Assembly (NCBI GenBank): GCA_013239625.1
Contig: MU053557.1
Span: 3,502,123-3,566,122 of the forward strand
Reading direction: 5' to 3'
Source: Lama guanicoe
Lineage: Eukaryota
DNA length: 64,000 nucleotides
This document shows, piece by piece, positions 1 through 13,030 of this stretch. The number at the start of each line of letters is the position of its first letter. Position 1 is the stretch's first letter. The position numbers were made by a program, and so were the translations under genes. The notes under the pieces are model-generated. The model saw only the letters and a program-made list of their open reading frames with translations. It had not been told where the DNA came from and did not search any database.

Positions 1-105
1 AGAGTAAATAGTTGCAGTAATTATCTTTTTAGCATACATACATATTAACATAATACATATCTAATGCATACCTATAAAGCCTAAAACACATGAAAACAAA
101 TACAG

Positions 106-204
106 GTATGTGTATGCATGACTGGGACATTGTGCTGTACCCCAGAAATCAACACATTGTAATTGACTGTACTTCAATAAAAAGAAAAAAAATAATAAAT
201 AAAA
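106..204 (+). mobile_element. Extreme 3' end of a young (camelid-type) L1 with A-rich tail
   Basis: GTATGCATGACTGGGAC...CAGAAATCAACACATTGTAATTGACTGTACTTCAATAAAA matches the 3' ends of other L1 copies in the window (e.g. 45010-45085). Confidence 0.8.
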
Positions 205-460
205 GAGGCGAAAAAAAATCTATAGCTATTAAAGTGGAAACATTTGCCCATGCATATTCAGAGTCATCTAGCATGTTGCTGGTAGTCTTTGGGAAACTCT
301 GATTTTGGTCTAAGAGTATCTTCTCTAGAAAGGCTAATAGTGACTAGATTGTTCACCTTTCCTGGGACCTCTCCAAATCTGACTCCTGAATTCTATGAGA
401 TGTCTGAAAAAGTACAGGGTTTTGGCTCCAAAAGCCACATTAAATTTTCAGGAGAAACCA

Positions 461-602
461 CAGCATAATGGGAGGAAGCTACAAAGTGTGGGCTCTGGAG
501 ACAGGCTACCTGGATTGAGGCCATGCTTTACCATTTTTATTTTTTCTGAGTGACCTTGGGCAAGTTGCTGAATTTCTCTGTGCCTCAGTTTCTTTGAACT
601 GA
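461..602 (+). mobile_element. MIR SINE fragment
   Basis: MIR core GTGACCTTGGGCAAGTT...TTCTCTGTGCCTCAGTTTC. Confidence 0.75.
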
Positions 603-1210
603 TCAAAGATCATGTGTGCAAAGAGCCAGCATGTAATAAATAAATAATGTTGACTAATATCAATATAATTTTTAATAACCAGGGGTAGGCATAGCACTAT
701 GAACTGTGGGTGTTTACGGAACACTCAGACCACTCCGGATTATTCTAAGAACTTGCTGTTATAACAGCAGACCAGCCACCAGCAGACTACGAGGAATTCT
801 GGAGATGTTTATATCAGAGGTAGGCCAATGTCCTGACTTCCCCCCCAAAAGGGGGCAAAAAATGAGGGATTAGAGTCAGAAGTGGCTGTTGTTTATTCCC
901 TGTCTACTCTGCAAGAGGTTATTAACATACTGTCTATTTACAGAGAACATTAAATGTAAGCAGTCAGGATCTTCTTGAGGTTATTGAGAGTAAGGGTATC
1001 ATTCTGACCTCAGTGCACGTCCTTTATCATCACTAGCAGGAAGCAAGGGTATTAAAAGAACTCCCCCTGAACGCTGTACTCCTAGGGCCAACCACCCTTG
1101 GATGACTCCCTACATAACAGGTGGACACTTCTGCATTTGCTCACCCTGTGTCCTCTGGAAGCCCCTCCTTTGACCCGATTATTCAGCCTTCAAGATTTAT
1201 CCATCAAAAC

Positions 1211-1709
1211 TGTTGACTGAAAAAATATGCACAACCTAAAAATTGAGAGTCATGTTTTATTCAGCAGACTTTCTGAGGACTCGAGCCCAGGAGGTGGCCT
1301 TTCAGATAGCTCTAAGAGACTGCTCTGAAGGGGCAGGGGAGAAGCCAGGATATATATGAGTTTTTGCAACAATGACCAGGTAATCAAAACATCAAAAAGA
1401 TTACTGTTAATTAAAGAAAACCAGATATTACAAGTTAATGGATTAAGTGCTTCTCTATGTGTGGGAAGGTTGAAAAGCCTGGGCTCACTGAAATCATTCC
1501 TCTGGTAGCACCTTAGCTATCTAGGGCCAGTGTCCTGTTCTTCCCATCCTGAGTTCCCTCCGGTGCACCATTGGGGGTGGGTGCAGAGGCCAGACTGCCT
1601 ACTTGTCTCCATCCTGAGTTCCCTCTGCTCACTGTCAGAGGTAGCCAGTGACTGGATGGCCACAGAATCCTTTGTTTACTGATACGGCAAGCAGTATTTT
1701 TCATTCACA
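1211..1709 (-). mobile_element. ERV1-type LTR (same family as 6368-6865)
   Basis: TG...CA ends; reverse complement begins TGTGAATGAAAAATACTGC and ends CAATTTTTAGGTTGTGCATATTTTTTCAGTCAACA, matching both ends of 6368-6865; no TSD seen. Confidence 0.8.
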
Positions 1710-1849
1710 TCTCCTTCAGGGGGCTCATCACTGATACCAGATTAGCATCAAATTCGCATTAGAACTGAGTGACCCATTGTCCCTTGTCACATCTTTTTTT
1801 TTACTACACTCACGTTGTTGAATGGTAAATACTTTTTTGTCTTTTTCTC

Positions 1850-2240
1850 CTACTTGACTGTACACGCTGTGAGGTCAGGGATACTGTTCATCCATTCATT
1901 TACTGATGCATTAATATAACAGATACTTATTGCTAGCTGCTCCTGTGTGCTGTACTAGGTACCAGAGACGTAGCTGTGAATAAGGTAACATGTAAATTCT
2001 CTTCGCGGAGTTTATAATCTCAAAGGAAAGAGGGGCCACATAATTACTTAAATGAAAGACACTGAGGCTACGACGGAGAACTACGGGCAGCTCTGAAAGC
2101 ATGTAAAGGAGGGGAGTATAATTGAGTTTGAGAGCCCAGGAAGCTACTACTGGTGGAACTGCAGAGAAGGGTGGGGGCAGGTGTTTTCAGACAAAGGGAA
2201 GGAAATGTATGCTGGTCCAGAGGTGTGGATGAACGTGGCA
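1850..2240 (-). mobile_element. L2 3' fragment(s)
   Basis: CATTCATT...CAGATACTTATTG...TGTGTGCTGTACTAGG pattern typical of reverse L2 3' end. Confidence 0.6.
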
Positions 2241-2939
2241 CGCTACTCAGTTTTTGTTCGATGCTCACACCTAGTGTGGCACCTGTGCACACTGTGTGCC
2301 ACGCGTGTGTTTTTTTTGAAAGAATCTGTCTCCTCTTCCTCCTAACACATAATCGACCAAGTTCTCTCCTCCCTGTTTTCCCTCTGTTAATTTATTTGCC
2401 GGATTAGAGTTTGTCAGTAGCTAAGGAGCTGATAGGCTGTGTGGGATGAGAAAGCATGAAGAGAAGCCAAAAGATTAATTGTTGTTCTTAATGGTGGAAA
2501 AAGAGGTGTAATGTGAACAGTGACCACTGCTCCATTACAGATTTATTAAGTCAGATTTACGTGATAAGACCACCTTTGCTCTGATGTTGAAACAAGAAGC
2601 AGTTTTTCCTTTCAGGTCCCGGGCAATTGCATATTACCCAAAGGCAGACAGCACGTGGGCCTAGGTGACCAGCAAATCAAGGACACTAAAGAAATGGGAA
2701 AAGCTCTGTTTCCATGAACTTTTCCAAAATTTTGTAATCAGAAAAACTATAAATAAGCTAGTTTAATTTTGGTATACGTGCAAGTTTTAATTTTCATATG
2801 GTTTTCACTGTGGGAGGCACCATAATTGTCACGATTTTTACAGAGCTTAGGAACTCACAGTGTTTTATGACTTACAGCACTCAGAGTAGAGGACGTGAGC
2901 CAGGAGGTCCAGTAAGCACACACATCCTGCAGTGAACAA

Positions 2940-4270
2940 AACAGACTTAGTTCTGGTCCTGGTGGAGCTTAGAGTCTAGTGGGTGGGGAGGCCAAAAAAC
3001 AAGAAAACAAACTGCTAAAACAATAGCACATCTTCACAAGTGCCAAGAAGCCATGAGCGACTGAGAGGAAGATGAGGACAGGAGGTGGGGAGAGAGGGAA
3101 TGACTCACTGTGGGGTGACACTGAAAGTATGAGAGATGAAGTAGGATCAGGCCAGTCCTGTAAGAGCAAAGGAAAGAGAGTTTCTGATGGAAGGATGAGT
3201 TCTGAGGAGAGGAAAAACCAAGGAGGAGGAATTTTTCTGAAGGTCAGAACAGCTGGATATGGTGACCATGGGGTAAAGAAGCATGAGGGGAAGTTGAGAA
3301 GGTGGGCAGGAATCAATTACGCAGCACCTTGCAGCCCAATATCAAGCAATTGGAGTTTTTCTTAAATGCAATGAAGCATCACCAAAGAGTTTAAACTTGG
3401 TTTAAGGCATCATGGGAAATGCACTCCTGGACATACATCCAGAGGAAATTAATTCAAAATGACACCTGCAGCCCAGTGTTCATAACAGCACTATTTACAA
3501 TAGCCAAGACATGGAAACAACCTAAATGTCCATCGACAGAAGACTGGATAAAGAAGTTACGGTATGTATATGTATGCAATAAAATACTGCTCAGCCAAAA
3601 AAAGAGTAAAATAATGCCATTTGCAGCAACATGGATGGACCTGGAGATTGTCATACTAAGTGAAGTAAGCCAGAAAGAGAAAGAAAAATGCCATATGAGA
3701 TCGCTCATATATGGAATCTAAACAAACGACACAAAAGAACTTATTTACAAAACAGAGACAGACTCACATACATAGAAAACAAACTTACAGTTGCCAGTGG
3801 GGAAAAGACAGTGGAGAGGGATAAACTGGGAGTTTGGGATTTCCAGATACTAACTACTATATATAAAATAGATAAACAACAAAGTCTTACTGTATAGCAC
3901 AGGGAACTACATTCAATACCTTATAATGGCCTATAATGAAAAAGAATATGAAAGGGAATTCATATAGATATATATGAATCACTATGCTGCACACCAGAAA
4001 TTGACACATTGTAAATTGACTGTAATTCAATAAAAAAAAAGAATAAAGTATTGTGGGGAATGAATTTGTGGTGGGCAAAAGTGGATGTAGTTAGGATGCT
4101 GTGGTCACCTAGGCTAGAGATGATGGGGGTTAGATAAGGGTGGGGGCAGTGGATACGGAGAAAATTCGACTACGTCAAATGAATACATTTTAGAGAGGGC
4201 ACTGTGAGGACTTGCTGATGGACTGGCAGCTGGGGCTGAGAAAGAGGTAAATATCAAAGACCACTCCTAA
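2940..4270 (-). mobile_element. L2 fragment interrupted by an L1
   Basis: Purine-rich degenerate L2-like sequence (GGAGCTTAGAGTCTAGTGG...; GGACTTGCTGATGGACTGG) on both sides of the L1 at 3420-4040. Confidence 0.55.
3420..4040 (+). mobile_element. 5'-truncated L1 (ORF2 C-terminus, 3'UTR, polyA)
   Basis: ORF 3419-3721 encodes L1 ORF2 C-terminal motifs ([30 protein letters not shown]); AATAAA plus polyA at ~4029-4040; degenerate TSD-like flanks AAGGCATCATGGGAAATG / AAGTATTGTGGGGAATG. Confidence 0.92.
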
Positions 4271-5559
4271 GAAGCAATTAACTCTTCCACTTTGAAGAAA
4301 TGGAAGAGGCTTGGGTTTTATTTTCTGTGGGGATGAAAGGCCTCAGGGCTCTGGCTCTGAAAGAGTGTGGGGAAACTTGAAGGAGATCCAAGTGCCCAAC
4401 TTTCAGGGGTCCCTCCTCCCTCCCCAAGCCTAGTGCTCTTGAGAATTAGGTGCTAATGACCAGTTGGTTCATTGGGCAAATCGCCACTAAGCTGATACAA
4501 CTACAGTGGAAGCAACTTGGCTGGAAGGGATAGACGAGGCCTGGAAGGACCCCATGGTTTTGACTCAGAAAATCCCCAAGCCTTGAGAAGGGGACTGCCA
4601 GCAGGAAGTGGCCTTCCTCTGCTCAGAGCACCCTAAACCACATTCTCTTCCATAACCAGTTTGACTTCTTCCTGGCTTACAGTCTTGATTCGACCTCTTT
4701 CTAACGATGAGACCTTGAAACCATGTCTTCTCTTAGTTCCAGTGCCTTGTCTATGAAGCCAGGGTGAAAATTGCCTTTGCTTACTAAATGGAGGTCTAAA
4801 TGAATTATGTTTGTAAAAACCTTAGCACATGCCTGGCAGGTGGAAGGATCTCTATGAGTTCCAGCTGTCCTGTCATCTCCTCCCCCAGAGCTGAACCCTT
4901 CTTATTACAGCTTTTCAAGCACCAACCTTTTCCTTTCAGCCCCTCAATTTTTGAACAATTTCCCTAATACCTCCTACCTCAAGATCCCCATATTATTTCT
5001 TAGATCCTTTAAATGGCTGAGTCCTTATTTTCCTCTGGCAGGCCAGCTGCAGAGGGAATGAAGAGAGAAAAGCTTTGTCTAAAAGTAGAACTTAAAGATT
5101 TCATGCTCTGTCTCACATATTTATGAGACAACTTTCTTTAAATATTAATTCCTGCATTTACATTTTATTACTATTTGATTTTTTTCTTATATTTGATCTG
5201 AAGTGTGAAATTGGGAGCCTGGAGCTTGCCAACACTTCCATGCTAGAAAAAAAATGCACAATGAAGAAATTTGAGTTTCATGGGGTTTTTCTCTCCCCAC
5301 CAAGAACAACAAGATTCTGCCAGGAAATCCTGGAGATCTCTTGCGTCTGCCCACTGCCTCTCCCCGGGGCACTCCAGCTTAATGTGTCTCTGGCTCTAGC
5401 TCCTGCTACAAGCTGAAAGGTCTTTCCTGCAAGCTGGAGACCACTGCTGTGGACCAAGAGGGTTTGATTCTGAACAGGGATGATGGAAGGAAGGCTGGAC
5501 CAAACCCAGAGAGGGGAATGAAATTTCAAGAAAGCAGTTTTCCTCTTTTTAATTCTATT

Positions 5560-5699
5560 TTTAAAAATACATTTTTATTGAAGTATAGTCAGTTTACAAT
5601 GTTGTGTCAATTTCTGGTGTACAGAACAATACTTCAGTCATGGAGGAACATACATATATTCGTCTCATATTCTTTTTCACCATAAGTTACTACAAGACA
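5560..5699 (-). mobile_element. Short L1 3' end with TSD
   Basis: TTTTATTGAAGTATAGTCAGTTTACAATGTTGTGTCAATTTCTGG; TSD TTTTAATTCTATT (5547-5559) / TTTTAACTCTATT (5700-5712). Confidence 0.85.
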
Positions 5700-6367
5700 T
5701 TTTAACTCTATTAAACCTCTTTTTTTAAACCTAAGTCCAAATTCCTTCTCTTTTCCCGGCATCTAGTTCTCCTTCTAATAAATTTCTCAATTCTTAACGA
5801 AACTCCAATCCATCTCTCAAGTAAATCTGTAAACTCAACTCTCATGGAAGTTTAATTTTCAAAATGGTAGAATCAGGACCGTTAGGCAAATGCAAAGTGC
5901 ACACATCAATGGTGTTGGTTATTTATTATTTCTTTATTTAACCGGAGGTCCTGTGACCTGTTAAAACTGGCCTAAAGAGCATTAGCGAAGCTAGATATTT
6001 ATAGAAAATATACAAATGAAAGGACAAAGTGGTTTTTCTTATGCAGTCAGCTGGAGCTTCAAGCTTTGAGATGCACATTTTATGCACAGGGTTGATCTTT
6101 ATGACCATGAATAAACTAAGCTAGTGGTTGATCTTTTGTAGGTCATAACAGCCAGGCCTTTTACCACCTGAATCAACAGATAGAATGAATATTAATCTCT
6201 TCTCTTGTTCCTGGGAGAGACCTTACACAGGATGATGAGGGCACAAGGGTCTGGAGAAATGGAGTTTCGTGTCCTTTCTCCTAAATGTCCTTGGTCTTGT
6301 CAGATAATTTTTAAATTTCATCCAGTGAATCACAACATGCCCAAAATCTGAGGGATCTCATTTCATG

Positions 6368-6865
6368 TGTGAATGAAAAATTCTGCAAACCATATCAGTA
6401 AATAAAGAATGCTGAAACCATCAAGTCATCCGTGGCTGCTGCCACCCTCTAGTGAGGACAAACCTGCAGCCCGGCCTCTGCAGCCTCTCTCAATGGTGCA
6501 CCCTGAGGGCACTCAGAATAAGAAAGGACAGGATACTGGCCCTAGATAGCTAGGTGCTGGTCAAAGGAATAAATTCAATGAGCTCAAATGTTTGTTTCCT
6601 CCCACACATAGAAAAGCACTAAATTCTGACTTGAGATGCCTGGTTTTCTTTATTTAACAAGTAATCTTTTAATGTTCCAACTTCCTGGTCTTTGCTGTAA
6701 AACTCCTATATATCCTAGCTCCTCCCCTACCTCTTTGGAGCAGTCCCTCAGAGAGATGAGAGGCTGTCTGTCATCCTGGGCTCGAAGGGGCTCGAGTCCT
6801 CAGAAATGCCCGCCAAATAGAACATACCTCCCAATTTTTAGGCTGTGCATTTATTTCAGTCGACA
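6368..6865 (+). mobile_element. ERV1-type solo LTR
   Basis: TGTGAATG...TCGACA; perfect 4-bp TSD CATG (6364-6367 / 6866-6869); TATA-like CCTATATA ~6705. Confidence 0.9.
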
Positions 6866-6926
6866 CATGCAATGTCTTAATCTCTCACAATATCCTCCCA
6901 TTTTACAACAATATTTATGGCAGAGA

Positions 6927-7174
6927 AAGGGGATGGGAAGGAATAAACTGGGAGTTCGAGATTTGCAGATACTAACTGCTATACATAAAATAGATAAACA
7001 ATAAGTTTGTACTGTATAGCACAGGGAACTATATTCAGTATCTTGTAGTAATTTATGGTGAAAAAGAATATGAAAATGAATATACGTATGTTCATGTATG
7101 ACTGAAGGATTATGCTGTACACCAGAAATTGACACAGCATTGTAAACTGACTATATGTCAAAATATATGTATTT

Positions 7175-7205
<31 letters not shown>

Positions 7206-7228
7206 CACACACACACACACACACAAAA
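6927..7228 (+). mobile_element. Short L1 3' end whose tail is an inverted (GT)n/(AC)n microsatellite
   Basis: Shared L1 3'UTR sequence; TSD TTATGGCAGAGA at 6915-6926 and 7229-7240. Confidence 0.9.
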
Positions 7229-7229
7229 T
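7171..7229. repeat. Palindromic microsatellite ATTTT(GT)12A-ATA-T(AC)10AAAAT
   Basis: Read directly from the sequence. Confidence 0.95.
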
Positions 7230-10200
7230 TATGGCAGAGATAAATAACAGAAAATAGAGGGGAAAAAAAAGGAGAATGGATGAAAACAATGTTTTCAGCA
7301 GACTGTGGCGCTGGTGCTTGGATCATCTTGACCCATCACACTGGCGGGCGTTGGACGTGCTGTGCTCTGTGTGGACACTGAGAGCCCTGCTACTCACCAC
7401 CATGACACACGGGGGCCCAAGCAGTCCTGCTTGGACAACTCGAAAGAAGGCAGAGAATTATTCTCATCTCACTCAAAAAGCTTTACGTAAAGGGAAAGAA
7501 CTTTCTCCTTCCTCAAAAGATGGAGCTGAGAGTGACTTTTCCTCACCTTGCCAAGCACGCCTGCCTGACAAGGAGGGAGGGCATCCGTGGGCAGGGTGAA
7601 CTGGTCAGCTCCTGTGCGTGGAGGAGACCGGGGCTTGTGCAGAGTGTAGAAGCACAGGAGACCATGTGCGCGGGGCATCCGGAAGCAGCGGGGTCTGCAT
7701 GTCTACTGGCCCTGAGGAAGGCCTGGTCCTGGGAAGCAAAGACTGGAGGCTGCCGTGCTGATTCTTGAACTCACATACTAACCCCCTTGGGGGCTTTCAG
7801 AGAACTACTGAAGCAGAGGATGCGGAGGGCACAGGGAGTATTTGGCAGGAATGTGACCTTCCAGTGTGAGTAGGTTGGGGCTCGTTCGTTCACCCAGACA
7901 AATTAGGGGTCAGGATATTTTGGTTACACAACAACAGTTATTTTTAGGTTCCTTCTCCAGTCTCCTATATCTCCCTTTCAGTCAAGTAAACAGAGAGTGA
8001 GCTACAGAAACGCAGTGCAGCACCATGCTACATCACTGTCAGATGTCTGACTTCATGCTTTGCTGTCTCCACACCAGAGTACAGGACAGAAAATACAGAC
8101 ACTTTTATTTGCACAATTTGCTAGTGCCCAAATTCACTGAGACTCTCACTGCTTGTCTTTATGAAAGAGAATTTCTTGGAAGCACGAGAAGAGAGGAAAT
8201 TCTGTTTCATGAATTTCCCTTGATTTATCTAGTGTCTGGTGGAAGCCTCAACAGCCCAGTGCGAGGATGAGACATTCAGCCCCGAGAAAGGACTTCACGC
8301 CTCTCCTTCTGCTCACTCTGTAAACTCTGTGGACCCTACTTCTTTAGCGTCCCCTTCAAATGAAACTCTTCTTAGAAAGCCTAACACCATGTAGCCACAG
8401 TTCCCTATAGAGTTATAGCTGTGCTTCTGGGCAATGCAGAGAGTCAATGAATTAGGGTCATTACATCATCCCAACACCAGGCAAATTTAGACTTAATGTT
8501 GTAATGTGGGAAATTGGGCCAGGGCCTTCTCCAGAGTTTGGGATGTTTTGCCTTCAACATGAGAGTGAAGTATTAGTGGTAGAATCCCAGACGGTACTGT
8601 ATTAGATCAGACTCTCATCCCCTGAGAAGCCTGAGATGTAAGAACGCCATGGTAGTGAATTTAACCTCCCCTTTCAGGTGACTCTGTTGTCCTAAGTGAG
8701 ACTTTAAAAGTCACTGCATCAGGAGCAAGTTAACAGTGAGTGAGAAAAATGTCCATTCTTTCTAAACCTCCAAACAGTGCAATCTCCAAGCCTTCTTTAT
8801 TTTATCTTCGGTCACTGAATAACTGGAGGTCCAGGCAGGAGGTCACAGTGCTTCACGACCCCTAGGTTCCCAGCAAGCTGCAATCTGCCTCTGGAACTGG
8901 GAACAATTTTTAAACACAAGAGCAAAAGGAGATGGGGCATGCTGTGCTTCAGGCAAACCCCTCTGTAACTCTAAAGATTTGTTTGCCCTTCATAATTGAG
9001 ACTAGATCTGTATCCTTTTTTTTTTGTTGATACAGTGCAATGACTAATGACTATCTGTTTTAATACATAATTAGTAGGATTAAAAAATCCACAGTGTATC
9101 AGAGGTGATGGAGTGCCTAAGATTTCCTCCATTTTTCTAACCACTTCTATTTTGGCTCTAATATACAATAGCATGGGGATGTCAAAGAGGAAGGGCAAAG
9201 TGCTGTGAATCATGTCATGTCCAATTTTTCCAGAATTTTCTGGAAAATGTCCTATCTGACTTTATATACAGATCTGTATGGAAATATTATAGAACAAGAG
9301 CAGGCTTATTTCACATACCTTCCTAATGGAGGTCCCAGACCTCAGTATGAGATACCAAGCCTAGAAACAACATTTGATGCCTTATTGTGGCTTCTGTGAT
9401 CTAGTTAGACTAAGTCAAAGTCCTGGTCTTTTGTAGGTCGTAATGACTATCTTTTCCGTCTCTTGAACCAAAGCCTGTAGTAGATACTAAATTTAGTTTT
9501 TGAGCCTCAGTTTCTCAGATCAACCTGGGTAAGGCTCTGTAAATAGGATTTTAGAAGCAGATGGCCTGAGACAAAGGAAAAGCAGCTTCATACTTTGCCT
9601 ACTCACATCTCCTGGGCTTTCCACATTTCTTTCATCTAAGCTTTAGCTAATATATCACAGAATTGTGAAGCAATGTCCTCAATTCTCTTACTTTCCTCCA
9701 TTTGGCACCCGATTTTCAGGTCAGAGATTCGTGTATAAAACAGAGGATGAGAAAATAAAGATAACTGAGACTAACAATTCCAAGTACATGATAGTAATTT
9801 CTTTGTTCAGAACCTAGTCTGAGAGATCGAAACTTGAAGGGGAACCCTGATGCTGTTTCTTTCCATTTGCTTTAACAAGTATTTGAGTGATGCGTCACCA
9901 ACATTCCTAGTGTTTATTTAGTATGGACATCTCCCCTCTACCTCGGCCCCTCAATAGGAGAATGAGTCCATGACTGTCCCTGCAAAACTCTCAGTCTTTG
10001 TAGCTGTGCATGGGAAATACAGTTGCAAAAAGTACAAGAATTGTACTTTCCTTTTCCAGTGAAAAGCCTTTAGAACACATCTCACTTAACTCTTCCTCCA
10101 GTCTTGGCTTGATTAAAAATTCATCGATAGAACATTGAATCTCTCACCTCCCAGGACCATGCCCAGAACTTGTCAAGTCTAGCCTTCAAGACCAGGATCT

Positions 10201-10964
10201 TTCCAGTCATTCCTTCTGGCAGGACCTCATTTAAGCTGTGGGGCAGTCATGGGTACATCTCATATCTTATGCTGTTAAATATCCCAAGGTTGGTTTTCAC
10301 ATGTATACTTTGGTGAACAAATTTGCTATGGCAAAACAGGTGGAATAGAGCTTCATGTTAACACTTTTATCCTGTTTCTGCTCTCAGTCACTTTCCACTA
10401 TGGCCAAGAATCTTAGCATTGAGGGCAGGCCCAAGAGCAGAAATGGAATGCTTTGCTTTATGACTTATACCTGTCTCCCCAATATTCCATTTTGCTCTTA
10501 ATTGTCTTTGTAGCCAGTTTTTATATGTAGCCTTTAAAGTCAAAAGAGAGGATTTTTTTTCCACTGAGATACCCCTGAAGACTCCAGAATTAGCAGGAAT
10601 CTAAATAGTCCAAGTCTAATATCAGGGACTAGCCTTTGAGTCAGGGTTCTGTGCATTTCCTGTGATTTGTGATCATGCTTACTGTGTCACACACACACAA
10701 GGGAGCAGGTGGACAGGGATGACTGAGAAATACCTAGCCTGCCTTCTACTGAGAGCTGCAGGCAGAACTTCAGCCACAGACGGTCACACTGATGGGTGCC
10801 CTTTGGAGACATCCAATCACCCTGTGTCCCCAGGCTGGGATACAGCATACACTTTGAAGTGGCACAGGGAACAAATGCCCCTTCCCAGAACCGTGTGAAT
10901 CTGGCTTTTATGACTAGAACAAACCATAGGAAACTGTCTTATAAAATCAGATTATGTTGAAAAC

Positions 10965-12200
10965 AGCTTCTGTTGATGAGGTTATGTAAAAATAGAACTC
11001 TTGCACATTACTTGTGTGAATGCAAACTGGTGGTGAGATGGAGGAGAGAGAGCAAATTCTTACACCTGTCTGACAGCTCTGTCTGCTGAGAGAGCCTAGC
11101 AGCAGTGGCACACCAGTATCCAGATCATGAACTCAAAACCCCATACTTCATTAAAAGAAAAGAAACAAGAGCTCCTTGGAGAAATCACTGATTCCAGGGC
11201 TGGGGAAGCAAAGTACAGGATGAGCCTGGAATATCTGGCCATGCCGAAAAGTAAAGAAGTACTCAAAGAATGATGGGGACATTTCAAATTCAAAGGAGCC
11301 AGCTCGAAAGGGCTCCCATCAGCAAAATCTGAGGAAGTGTAAGCAACAGAATGAATAATGGCAGTTATGGAAGACAATATATAGAAGAAAACTAGATTCC
11401 CATGAGTCCATAATGTCACAAATAAATAAATAAAATGGAATTAATAGGGGAGAAGGGAAAGTTCTCTCTTGCAGGAGAATGCCAACGAACAACTGTAAAA
11501 GGAATATTCCATCATTTGGCAAATCATCATTTAGCAAACATCATAACAATATTTTTAGGCATGAATCATCAATGGATACTAAAAGTAATGAGTAAAAGTT
11601 TCAGGAGGAAGAGGACATTCACAGAGTCTCAAACTATCTCCCCACAAGGTCCCTGTTAATTACAAAGGGAAAAATAGTAACTTTGCAGTGGAGAAAGTTG
11701 GTTGGCATTTCCTTAAGCAAGTGATTAAAGTTAACAGCCTCAAGGGTAGGACAAACAGAACTCAGGTGTCTGCTTATATGATGTACTGAAAAGAGCACAG
11801 CACGCCTTCTGAAGAATCTCTGCCAAATGCATTGTCTATCAGCTCTAATCCATGAGAAAGAGCAAATAAACCCAAACTGAGAGATGGTCTACAAACTATC
11901 TGGCTTGAGCTCTTAAACATTTGTCAAGGTAACAAAAGGCAAAGTAGGACTGAGAAAATCTAGATTAAAGAAGACTAGAGGCATGAGTATTAATGCTTTG
12001 GAATCTTGGATTCGACCCTGGGGAACCAAAACAAAACAACTTGCTGTAAAGAACATTAACAGGATAATTGGTAATGTCTGAATAAGGTGTATAGGTTAGG
12101 ATTATATCAGTGTTAATTTCCTAATTTTGATAATTGAATTCTTGATGTGAAAGAAACTGTCCTTGTTTTTAGGAAAGAATTTAGGGGAAAGAACATAATG
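10965..12200 (+). mobile_element. Old L1 (L1MC/L1ME-like) 3' region
   Basis: Degenerate old-L1 3'UTR motifs (GAGCTCCTTGGAGAAATCACTGATTCCAGGGCTGGGG; TTAATTACAAAGGGAAAAATAGTAACTTT; GTTAATTTCCTAATTTTGATAATTG). Confidence 0.7.
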
Positions 12201-12707
12201 TCTGAATTTTTCTCAGTAAGTTTTCTTTTTCCTCCCTCTCTTTCCCCTCTTTTCTTTCTTTCTTTCTCCCCCACCCTTCCTCGTCCTCCCAGGGCTGCAG
12301 CGGTGATGCCCACAGGAACCTCAATCACACAGGATGCAAATAGGAAAGAACCAGTCTCTTCCCCCTCCTGCAGTCTTCTAGGCTCCCTCTGGTACCCATT
12401 ATTGGCAGCGTTGGCTGATTGGCCAAGCAGCAATGGGGTTTGCATAGTCCCAGCCTAATACAGTAAATCAAAGTATTAAAGGGTGTAATTGAAGCTGAGA
12501 GACAATGTTTCCTTGTCTCTTAGCCCTTCAGAACTTTCTAGGAGATGGCTTCATGACATACTTGAGTGTTAGAGCCTTGGAGAGGAAACTTTATGTTGCT
12601 TCTTAGGTAGGCACAACTCTGACCCACGAGTGCTCACATTTCCTAGTGTCATTTTCTTAAAGGGAGCACTTCTATTTCATAAGAAGTAAGCTATATGTTT
12701 TATTCTT

Positions 12708-12792
12708 TTTTTTCAATAGAGGTACTGGGGATTGCACTTAGGACCTCATGCATGCTAAGCATGCACTCTGTCACTGAGCTATCCCCTCCCCC
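12708..12792 (-). mobile_element. tRNA-derived camelid SINE (Vic-1-like)
   Basis: Reverse complement GGGGGAGGGGATAGCTCAGTGACAGAGTGCATGCTTAGCATGCATGAGGTCC...CCCCAGTACCTC; TSD TATGTTTTATTCTT / TATGCTTTATTCTT (12694-12707 / 12797-12810). Confidence 0.9.
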
Positions 12793-13030
12793 TTAGTATG
12801 CTTTATTCTTGTGATTAGAAATTCTCAGTAAGTTTTTCACTAGTGTTGGGACCTTAGTTGAGAATCGATTATTATGAGTTCCTTCTCCAGGGAAGAACAT
12901 TTAAAGATAATCAACCTCTCTCCCCCAGCCTTCATGAGATGTAAGATCCTTCCATTGCATCATCAGGGTCTCTCCTCCCAATAGCATAACCAGATCTCTC
13001 TAAATTTGACCTTCAGGGCTTTGTTTATTT

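Noticed and set aside
12230..12520. Possible MaLR/ERVL LTR fragment (similar hints near 17990-18670 and 56480-57030)
   Set aside because: Too degenerate to define termini or family by eye
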